64,000 nt of DNA from Candidatus Kuenenia stuttgartensis (GTDB taxonomy: Bacteria; Planctomycetota; Planctomycetia; Pirellulales; UBA1268). This document shows, piece after piece, positions 18,206 to 25,909 of the stretch; within the stretch, counting starts at the first letter, position 1, and each line of letters opens with the position of its first letter. The position numbers and the translations under genes are program-made. The notes beneath the pieces are model-generated. The model made no database searches and had not been told where the DNA came from. It was given only the letters and a program-made list of their open reading frames with translations. The DNA is taken from the NCBI GenBank assembly GCA_945883745.1, contig CAMCYH010000003.1:20-64019 (forward strand). The letters are read 5' to 3'.

Positions 18206-19392
18206 CATCATCGAAGAAACGAACGGCTGCAGAGCGGTCGCAGCCGAACCGTCAGCAACTCGTCCCAAAGCTGCAGAAGGCTCTCAAGGCCACCTACAAG
18301 CCGGTGCCTGCCAACACGTCGCGTTCGGTGCTCGAGCAGGTGCTCTTCGCCTGCTGTCTCGAGAACGCGCATCACGCCGCGGCGGAGAAGGCATTTGAGA
18401 CGCTCATGAAGGGATACTTCGATCTCAATGAAGTGCGTGTGACGACGGTTGCGGAATTGGCGGAGTCACTCGTCGGTCTTCCCGATCCGGCTCGGGCAGC
18501 CCTGTCGCTCCGCCGCGTGCTCCAGGGTGTGTTCGAGTCGACGTACTCGTTTTCGCTCGATCATGCCAAAAAGCATTCGGTGGCGCATGGCATCAAAACA
18601 CTCGAAAACCTCCATGGCATTCCCCCCTTCGTCGTTGCCTCCATTGCTTCGACGACGCTTGGTGGCCACGCCATTCCACTCGACCGCGGTGCGCTTGGCG
18701 GTCTGTACCTCTGTGGAATCATCTCCCAGGAGGAATACGATACAGGGGTCGCTCCGGGACTTGATCGCCTGATTCCCAAGCGGGGTGGCCCTGAATTCAG
18801 TTCGCTTTTGCATCAATTCGGTGCCGACTGCATCACTTCGCTCCACGGAGTGAACGTTAGGAAGATCGTGCAGGCGGTCAATCCAACGGCTGCCAAGGAG
18901 CGGTTTCCGAAGCGGGGAGCATCGCTCCCTCTCCCCAACCCCCCTGCTCCACCCCCAACAAAGTCCGGACAAAAGTCGGAGGCTGCCAAGGCGGAGGAAT
19001 TGCGACCTGCCGGCCCCCAGGCGGCAGCCCGCCCGGCAGGAAAAACGCCGGTACCCCCCCCGGGGGCGGGTCCGAAACGGACGGCAGACGGCAAGCCGGT
19101 GGCCGGGGCAAAGCCGGGTCCGAAGCCCTTCGTGGTCAAGCCAAACGTCGGTAAGCCCATCACCATCAAACCCCAGGCACCGGAGCCTCCCACGGCCAAG
19201 CCGCCCCTGAAGAAAACGCCCTCCGGCAAGGCGGCGGCTGGCGAGAAGGCGACCGGGAAATCGGCTGACAAGGCACCCGCTTCGAAGAGTACTGGCAAGG
19301 CGCCATCAGCGAAGAAGTCTGCGAAGTCATCGACGAGTAAGGGATCATCGAGTGGCCACTCGTCACAGCTCGCCAAGCGGAAGCCACGGTAA
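18202..19392 (+). CDS. hypothetical protein: endonuclease III-like helix-hairpin-helix N-domain plus about 170-aa Lys/Pro/Ala-rich basic tail
   Basis: ATGA overlap with the rbfA stop. The N-terminal roughly 220 aa resemble an HhH-GPD fold (LFACCLENAHHAAAEKAF..., LENLHGIPPFVVASIA). They lack a C-terminal Fe-S Cys cluster. The tail carries KP/KA/AK-rich low complexity that looks histone-H1-like. Confidence 0.6.
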   Translation: MTSSKKRTAAERSQPNRQQLVPKLQKALKATYKPVPANTSRSVLEQVLFACCLENAHHAAAEKAFETLMKGYFDLNEVRVTTVAELAESLVGLPDPARAALSLRRVLQGVFESTYSFSLDHAKKHSVAHGIKTLENLHGIPPFVVASIASTTLGGHAIPLDRGALGGLYLCGIISQEEYDTGVAPGLDRLIPKRGGPEFSSLLHQFGADCITSLHGVNVRKIVQAVNPTAAKERFPKRGASLPLPNPPAPPPTKSGQKSEAAKAEELRPAGPQAAARPAGKTPVPPPGAGPKRTADGKPVAGAKPGPKPFVVKPNVGKPITIKPQAPEPPTAKPPLKKTPSGKAAAGEKATGKSADKAPASKSTGKAPSAKKSAKSSTSKGSSSGHSSQLAKRKPR

Positions 19393-19418
19393 GTCGAGAG
19401 GGATGAAAGGAGGGACAC

Positions 19419-20168
19419 GTGGCCGGTCATTCTCATTGGGCGAACATCGCCCGTAAGAAATCTCTGGTCGATGCGAAGCGGGGGAAACTCTGGAGCAAGC
19501 TCGCCAAGGCGATCATCGTCGCTGCCAAGCACGGTGGGGCCGACCCGTCCGCCAATCTCCGGCTGCGGTATGCCATCGATGCTGCGAAGGCGGTCAGCAT
19601 GCCCAAGGACAATATTCAGCGAGCCATCAAGGCGGGCACCGGGGAACTCAAGGGAGGCAACCTCGAAGAGTCGATCTACGAGGGGTACGGCGCCGGCGGA
19701 GTGGCCGTAATGTGTGAAATCCTCACCGACAACAAGAACCGTACCGCCCCCGAGATTCGCAAGATCTTCGAGATGTGCGATGGCAAACTCGGTGGCACGG
19801 GCTGCGTTGCCTATCTCTTCGAGCGAAAGGGTGTCGTCCGGGTGCCGTTGGCGGCGTGTGCCGAGGACCGCATCATGGAGGTCGCCGTCGAGGCGGGGGC
19901 GGAGGACGTCACGGCGACTGATGATCGCTGGGAAGTGTTCTGTGAGCCATCGGCAATGACGCCCGTGATCGACGCACTTCAGGCGGCCGGACTGTCGGTC
20001 GATTCCAACGAGATCGTGCGGATCCCTGCCACCACCGTGGACGTGGACGATGTGGAGACGGCCCGCAAGGTGCTCACACTCATGGAGCGTCTCGACGATC
20101 ACGACGACGTGCAGAGCGTGGCCGCCAACTTCAACATTCCCGATCAGGCCCTCTCCGGCTTGGCATAA
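19419..20168 (+). CDS. yebC: YebC/PmpR-family DNA-binding transcriptional regulator
   Basis: GTG start. (M)AGHSHWANIARKKSLVDAKRGKLWSKLAKAIIVAAKHGGADPSANLRLRYAID is the hallmark N-terminus. Confidence 0.9.
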   Translation: MAGHSHWANIARKKSLVDAKRGKLWSKLAKAIIVAAKHGGADPSANLRLRYAIDAAKAVSMPKDNIQRAIKAGTGELKGGNLEESIYEGYGAGGVAVMCEILTDNKNRTAPEIRKIFEMCDGKLGGTGCVAYLFERKGVVRVPLAACAEDRIMEVAVEAGAEDVTATDDRWEVFCEPSAMTPVIDALQAAGLSVDSNEIVRIPATTVDVDDVETARKVLTLMERLDDHDDVQSVAANFNIPDQALSGLA

Positions 20169-20215
20169 GCGGTAGCCTGCGCGGCGGCCACGGACTCCCG
20201 GAGGAGCGTCCGCCT

Positions 20216-20415
20216 GCATCATGCGAGCCGAGCTCGCATGATGCCAAGCCTGCGGGGGCCATGGATGGCGCTTACTGGCGCGCCGTCGCATCCCTGTCGG
20301 GCCTGCTCCGTCTAATGCGAGGCTCGCCTGGAGGGCGAGCCTCGCAGGTCGAGGCAAACCTCGGCTTTGCCTCCGACCTGCCAAGCCTGCGGGGGCCATG
20401 GATGGCCCCGCAGGC
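20216..20415. repeat. array of four consecutive stem-loops, with a 28-nt direct repeat
   Basis: Hairpins: GCATCATGCGAGC/GCTCGCATGATGC (20216-20244); GCGAGGCTCGCC-TGGAG-GGCGAGCCTCGC (20317-20345); AGGTCGAGGCAAA.../TTTGCCTCCGACCT (20346-20379); GCCTGCGGGG/CCCCGCAGGC (20385-20415). TGCCAAGCCTGCGGGGGCCATGGATGGC is repeated at 20242-20269 and 20379-20406. Confidence 0.7.
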
Positions 20416-20421
20416 GTAAAA

Positions 20422-21972
20422 CTAGTCGTCGGAATGCTCGACAGCGGGCCAGTATTCGTCGAAGTCGAAGTTTGGACTGTTGTCGAGGTCGTGGCATTCG
20501 AGGCAGTTGGCAATGACTTTCTCCCGACCCTCGGGAGTGTCGATCGTCATTGCCAGTGCTGACCGCAAAGCATCCCGTTCGACCGTGCTCGCTCGCACAT
20601 CGCCTCGTTCCACGGCGGCGTGGGCCGCTGCTGGGCCATGGCAGTTTTCGCAACCTTGGTGGGCGAGGTGGGGCGTCGTGGCCATGCCGCTGTAGCCTCC
20701 CTCAAACGGTTCGAACCGCTGGGGAGCCCATCCCACCACGTGGCAGGAGAGGCATTCCGGGTCACCATCGCGTCGGGGGTTCTGCTCCTCGAGCGTGACC
20801 AAAGCCGTGGCATGCGGGGTTTCTTTCCAGATGTCGTAGGCCTGCTGGTGACATTCGGCACACGCGGCGCTGCCGGCGAAGCGGCGACCGGTGGGGTGGC
20901 GGATCGCCTGCAGGCCAAGCCCGTCGAGGCCGAGTGATTCCAGTTGGCTCTGATACGCCGCCAGCAATTTGATCATGTCGACTGACTCACCCCAGCGGGC
21001 GTCCAGCGGCACCCGTTGCGATCGCACCGTCGGCTGTTCGGCGAAAAACCCGATGGCTACCGCATACATCCCCTTGTGGCCGAGTTCCACGAACTTCGCC
21101 GTTGTGGACAGCGTAGGCAGGATCGCCGCGGGCTCGTCGGCGCCTCCGGCGGTAACCACGACATCGAACTGCGGGAATTGCTCCGCCATCTGCTTCGTTT
21201 CGGCGGGGGAGGCCCATGACAGCAGGATCTGATGGGTGCAGCCGGCGGCCGCCAACTCTCCGGCCACCGCCTCGAGGGCTTTGGCAGCGGGCACCACCTC
21301 GATCGCATCGTTGCGAACCCGGGAAGCTTCTTCGTCACCCAGCACCGTGGTAATACCGATCTTGATACCCCCGGAGTCGATCACCCGAAATCGTGGTGTG
21401 ATGTTCGCGTCGAGTCCCAGCAGGCCGACGTTGGCGCTGACGAATGGCGTCGGCTGGTCGCCGACGGCCGCCACGGCCGCCACGAGTTCCTCGGCTGGTA
21501 ACCGCAAGTCACCCGGGCCGAAGCCGACCGCCGCGTACCCCATCTGCCGCAGGCCGTCGGCGATCGACTGAAACTTGATCTCGGTCTGTCGGCCAAATCG
21601 CTTCACCTGGTTGCCCAGATCGACCGACATCACCGGCCAGTCGGCGGCCGCGACGGCACGCAGGAAGTTTTGCCGCCGGCTCAGGCCCCCCTTCTGGTTC
21701 TCCTTGCCCGTGCACCCACAGGGCTCGATGTAGCCGTCAAGTTGGCCGGTGATGACGAGGAGGAGTTGTGGACGACCCCAGTCTTTGAAAACGGCTCCAT
21801 TTCGCTCATTGAACGTCGCGGCCACGTCATCGGAAACCCCCGCCGCACGGTCGGGCGGAGCAGCCACCACGGCGGTGACGAAGATCGGCACCGCGACCAG
21901 CACTGCGGCAAGAAGCCCGCCGATCACGTGGGCCATGGTGCCCCGAACGGCGGCAACAAAAATGCGCGTCAT
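20422..21972 (-). CDS. exported tetrahaem c-type cytochrome with a large unassigned N-terminal domain
   Basis: There are four CxxCH motifs in the C-terminal roughly 170 aa: CAECH, CLSCH, CENCH and CLECH. An N-terminal hydrophobic segment (VIGGLLAAVLVAVPIFVTAVVA) is present. The N-domain contains GQLDGYIEPCGCTGK. Confidence 0.8.
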   Translation of the reverse strand: MTRIFVAAVRGTMAHVIGGLLAAVLVAVPIFVTAVVAAPPDRAAGVSDDVAATFNERNGAVFKDWGRPQLLLVITGQLDGYIEPCGCTGKENQKGGLSRRQNFLRAVAAADWPVMSVDLGNQVKRFGRQTEIKFQSIADGLRQMGYAAVGFGPGDLRLPAEELVAAVAAVGDQPTPFVSANVGLLGLDANITPRFRVIDSGGIKIGITTVLGDEEASRVRNDAIEVVPAAKALEAVAGELAAAGCTHQILLSWASPAETKQMAEQFPQFDVVVTAGGADEPAAILPTLSTTAKFVELGHKGMYAVAIGFFAEQPTVRSQRVPLDARWGESVDMIKLLAAYQSQLESLGLDGLGLQAIRHPTGRRFAGSAACAECHQQAYDIWKETPHATALVTLEEQNPRRDGDPECLSCHVVGWAPQRFEPFEGGYSGMATTPHLAHQGCENCHGPAAAHAAVERGDVRASTVERDALRSALAMTIDTPEGREKVIANCLECHDLDNSPNFDFDEYWPAVEHSDD

Positions 21973-22014
21973 GGACAGATTCTAGCCACCACGCGACTCC
22001 CGAGCGACCTCGAT

Positions 22015-23220
22015 TTACGGGCCAATCACGACGCTTACGGGCAGCGACACGGTGGGGGAATCAGGCAGTCCAGTCGTCAGCACGATGCGGCCCGACGGGG
22101 CCTGGTCACTGCCGAGGTGATTGGCCGTCGGGCTGCCAGGAGGAATCGTCACAGTCACCGGAATCCGCAGTACCGCACCGGTGCCGATTGGTTCTGCCGG
22201 CCCCACCTCGACCACGAGTGAACTCGGAACGACATCGCGGACGGTAGGAACGACGAGTTCACGGTTGGGTCCGCGGGCGGTGATGAAGAACGTCGTGGTC
22301 AGCCCCGTGCGGCTTGAAACCTGTCCGAGGATGAGTCGCTGTCTCGTGGCATCCCATTTTTGTCCGGCGAACGAAATATCGCCGGCGACGCTCCCCTCGA
22401 TTGGAATTTCGGCCGTAATTTCCTCAGGAATCCGGAAGACCATCCGCACGGTCTGCCGCAGGGGACCGATCGGCAGGCCGGGCTTCACGGCGACGGTCAC
22501 CGTAAAGCCGCCGGTGGCCTCCGGCTCCTGGGCACGCTCGGTTTCCGGAAGCTGCATTGATGAAATTGTGAAGAACTCCTTGGTCCGGTCGTCGATCGTT
22601 GCGAGCGAATCGACGCGGGGAGGCTCATCGCCGTACGTGAAGACGGTGGTGGTCGCCACGGCATCGGACTTGGTCGACAACTTGGGGAGCGTGATCAGGT
22701 CGGGTACGGCCTTCCACGTCGGCACCACGGTGCCCTCGATCACGAAGGCGATCTCCGGGCGACGGGGGTCATTGGTGACAACGGTTGCCTGCTGGCGAAA
22801 CGGCCCCCCGGACCCCTTCCCAGTCCACTGGATGCTGACGGTCGTCTCACCTCCGGGGGGAACCGTTTTCTCGGTGACTGCCTCAGATGCACCATCACCG
22901 TCTTTGGTTGATGGGCCAAGATCGCTGACCGTGCACGTGCAACTGGTTGCCCCCCGCGTGAGCACGAGCGGAGCGACACCCCGGTTGTAAATGACAAACG
23001 CATGCTGACCCTTCTCGCCGGAACCAACCGAGCCGAAATGATGCGTCGTCTCAGGTACGTCAGCCTGTGGCGCCGGTGCATCGCTGGGAGTGTTGGCCGC
23101 CACGAAGTCACCGACTCGCCACGGCCGCAGCGTGGCCTCGAGCACGGCCGAACCCGTGCCGATCGCCACTCCGGCCACCAGCCCCACCCCCGCCACGGTC
23201 CATCCGCTCGCAGATCTCAT
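22015..23220 (-). CDS. DUF1573 domain-containing membrane-anchored protein
   Basis: Internal ATG (complement of 23218-23220) starting MRSASGWTVAGVGLVAGVAIG. The DUF1573-like core is HHFGSVGSGEKGQHAFVIYNRGVAPLVLTRGATSCTCT. The start lies 5 nt after the proS stop. Confidence 0.75.
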   Translation of the reverse strand: MRSASGWTVAGVGLVAGVAIGTGSAVLEATLRPWRVGDFVAANTPSDAPAPQADVPETTHHFGSVGSGEKGQHAFVIYNRGVAPLVLTRGATSCTCTVSDLGPSTKDGDGASEAVTEKTVPPGGETTVSIQWTGKGSGGPFRQQATVVTNDPRRPEIAFVIEGTVVPTWKAVPDLITLPKLSTKSDAVATTTVFTYGDEPPRVDSLATIDDRTKEFFTISSMQLPETERAQEPEATGGFTVTVAVKPGLPIGPLRQTVRMVFRIPEEITAEIPIEGSVAGDISFAGQKWDATRQRLILGQVSSRTGLTTTFFITARGPNRELVVPTVRDVVPSSLVVEVGPAEPIGTGAVLRIPVTVTIPPGSPTANHLGSDQAPSGRIVLTTGLPDSPTVSLPVSVVIGP

Positions 23221-23225
23221 GACGC

Positions 23226-24731
23226 TCAGTATGCCCGAGCCAAAACACTTCGGCCACTCACCGGCTTGCCGGTCACGATGCAGGTGCCGGGGGCATCGTT
23301 GCCTTCCATGGGGATGCATCGCACCGTCACCTTGAGCGGGTCGAGCATCTCCATCACCGCCGGGTCGTCAGCCACGTGCACCCAGGCAAAACCGGCCCGG
23401 CTGTTGTCAGTTTCGGCCGCAGAAAAATAGTCGATTACGGCTGCTGCACTGTCGAGGTGTACCGTCCGGGCGTCCCGGAACGCCCGGGCCCGGTCGAAGA
23501 CCGCCTGCTGGATCTCCGCGAGAATGGCCGGCACCCGCGCGGCGAACTCCCCGAGCGGTACCGTTTCCCGCTCCTTCGGGCCGCGGTCCCGGCGTGAGAG
23601 GCTCACCGTGCCTGCTGTGAGGTCGCGGGGGCCGATCTCGACGCGCAGCGGCACACCCTGCTTCACATGCTGCCAGACCTTGTCGCCACCGCGGATGTCG
23701 CGGGCGTCGACGAGGGCCCGCACCGGCGCATCGGCAAACGTCTGCGTCGCCAAGTCCCGTTCGAGCATGCGGCAGGCGTCGAGCACCTGAGTTCGCTCCT
23801 CGTCATTGCGGGCGATGGGCAGCAGCACGACGTGCTGCGGTGCGATCCGTGGCGGCAGCACGAGGCCGTCGTCGTCGGAGTGGATCATGATGACCGCGCC
23901 GATGAGCCTGGTCGACACGCCCCATGATGTCGTCCAGCAGAACTCTTCGACGCCGGCGGAGTTTTGGAACTTGATCCCCTGCCCCTTGGCAAAGTTTTGC
24001 CCGAGGAAGTGCGACGTGCCTGCCTGCAGCGCCTTGCCATCCTGCATCATCGCCTCGATCGAATACGTGTCGACGGCGCCGGGAAACCGCTCCCCCGACG
24101 GCTTCGGCCCCTTGATGACGGGCATCGCCAGATCCCGTTCGGCGAACGTGGCATACACGTCGATCATTCGCAGCGTCTCCTCGACCGCCTCTTCCCGCGT
24201 GGCATGGGCCGTGTGGCCCTCCTGCCACAGGAACTCCGCCGTTCGCAAAAAGACTCGCGGTCGCATCTCCCAGCGGACGACGTTGGCCCACTGGTTGATG
24301 AGCACAGGCAGATCCCGCCACGATTGGATCCACTTGGCATACATCGCGCCGATGATCGTCTCGCTCGTCGGTCGCACCACGAGCGGTTCCTCGAGTTTGC
24401 CGGTGGGAATCAGTTTGCCGTCGGGGCTCAATTCGAGGCGGTGGTGGGTCACCACGGCGCACTCCTTGGCAAACCCTTCGACATGCTTCGCCTCCTGTTC
24501 CAGGTAGGAGACGGGGATGAAGAGCGGGAAGTAGGCGTTGCGGTGACCGGTAGCCTTGAACATCCGATCGAGGATTCCATGCATCTGCTCCCAGATCGCG
24601 TAGCCGTGGGGCTTGATCACCATGCAGCCCCGCACCGGCGACTGCTCGGCCAGATCCGCCGCCCGAACGACCTGCTGATACCACTCCGGATAGTCTTCGG
24701 CTCGGGTGGGTGAGATGGCGGTGGCGGGCAT
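23226..24731 (-). CDS. proS: proline-tRNA ligase (archaeal/eukaryote-like type without insertion editing domain)
   Basis: MPATAISPTRAEDYPEWYQQVVRAADLAEQSPVRGCMVIKPHGYAIWE is followed by class II motifs. The C-terminal domain ends in ...RSVLARAY, with the conserved terminal Tyr. Confidence 0.9.
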   Translation of the reverse strand: MPATAISPTRAEDYPEWYQQVVRAADLAEQSPVRGCMVIKPHGYAIWEQMHGILDRMFKATGHRNAYFPLFIPVSYLEQEAKHVEGFAKECAVVTHHRLELSPDGKLIPTGKLEEPLVVRPTSETIIGAMYAKWIQSWRDLPVLINQWANVVRWEMRPRVFLRTAEFLWQEGHTAHATREEAVEETLRMIDVYATFAERDLAMPVIKGPKPSGERFPGAVDTYSIEAMMQDGKALQAGTSHFLGQNFAKGQGIKFQNSAGVEEFCWTTSWGVSTRLIGAVIMIHSDDDGLVLPPRIAPQHVVLLPIARNDEERTQVLDACRMLERDLATQTFADAPVRALVDARDIRGGDKVWQHVKQGVPLRVEIGPRDLTAGTVSLSRRDRGPKERETVPLGEFAARVPAILAEIQQAVFDRARAFRDARTVHLDSAAAVIDYFSAAETDNSRAGFAWVHVADDPAVMEMLDPLKVTVRCIPMEGNDAPGTCIVTGKPVSGRSVLARAY

Positions 24732-24834
24732 GGAGGTCTCCGGGGTCTCGGGGTGAGAAAGGCGGCGCACGAATCGCGGGATTGTAGTCGTTCGCTTGTG
24801 AGCCGTGGGGACGGAGCCGTACACTCTGGCGAAG

Positions 24835-25878
24835 ATGTCGAGCGATCCCCCCTCCCGACGTGATGGCCTTCTTCCGAGGCCGGCCCTCGCCCCGTTCCCA
24901 TCCCGATCATCGGGGCGGAAATGGGTGACGGAACTGCCGGCACAGGGGCCAATCGACCAGGTATTCCTCGCGACGAGAAAGCAGCTGCGGCCCAATCGCC
25001 ACGGCCAGCTCTATCTGCAGGTGGAACTTGCCGACCGATCCGGCTCGATCACCGGTCGCATGTGGAACGCCTCCGACTTTCAGTTCGAGGCGTTCGACGA
25101 CGGTGACTTCGTTCATGTCGAGGGGAGCACGCAGGTCTACTCTGGCAATCTTCAGGTCATCGTCACGTCCATCAGCCGAGCCGATCCCCGGGTGATCGAC
25201 GAGTCCGAGTTTCGTGTCCTGGCGGTCGACGACATTGCCGCGCTCCATGCCGAGCTGGCGGCCATCCTGGCGACGATTCGTGAGCCGATGCTGGCGGCGC
25301 TGGTCGCCGAAACCCTCGCCGACGAGCCCCTGATGGCGGCGCTGGCCCGCAGCCCGGCGGGCGTCAAGCAGCACCACGCCTACGCGGGCGGCCTGCTCGA
25401 GCACGTCGTTTCCCTGCTACGGATCGCCGATCGCGTCGCCCCGCTCTACGCCGACCTCGATCGCGATCTGCTTCTTATCGGCGTGTTGTTTCACGACCTT
25501 GGCAAGACGGTCGAGTTGGAGAGTGAGCGGGGCTTTTCCTACACCGACGCCGGCCAGCTGCTCGGCCACGTGCTGCTCGGACTGGACATCGTCGGAGACA
25601 AGATCAGTGCCGTCGAGCAGCGAAGCGGCTCCCCGTTCGACGAAGAGACCGCGACGCGGATCAAGCACATGGTGGCCAGCCATCATGGCGAATACGAGTT
25701 TGGCGCGCCGAAACTGCCGATGACGCTCGAGGCGGTGGCGCTCCATCACATCGACCAGCTCGATGCCCGTATGGCGGCCACCACCCAGTTGCTGCGGAAC
25801 GAGGCCGCACTCGACGGTGGGTGGACGCAGTACCACGCCAATCTCGGCCGCAAGTTCTTCAAGGGTCGGGATCGCTAG
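24835..25878 (+). CDS. OB-fold plus HD-domain 3'-5' exoribonuclease (YhaM-like)
   Basis: The OB region is LYLQVELADRSGSITGRMWNASDF...VHVEGSTQVYSGNLQ. The HD motifs are HHAYAGGLLEH, LFHDLGK and ASHHGEYEFGAP. The start is uncertain: GTG 24805, ATG 24835 or GTG 24925. Confidence 0.75.
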   Translation: MSSDPPSRRDGLLPRPALAPFPSRSSGRKWVTELPAQGPIDQVFLATRKQLRPNRHGQLYLQVELADRSGSITGRMWNASDFQFEAFDDGDFVHVEGSTQVYSGNLQVIVTSISRADPRVIDESEFRVLAVDDIAALHAELAAILATIREPMLAALVAETLADEPLMAALARSPAGVKQHHAYAGGLLEHVVSLLRIADRVAPLYADLDRDLLLIGVLFHDLGKTVELESERGFSYTDAGQLLGHVLLGLDIVGDKISAVEQRSGSPFDEETATRIKHMVASHHGEYEFGAPKLPMTLEAVALHHIDQLDARMAATTQLLRNEAALDGGWTQYHANLGRKFFKGRDR

Positions 25879-25909
25879 CGGGGCCGATCGTGGCCCTCAC
25901 TCTCGAGCA

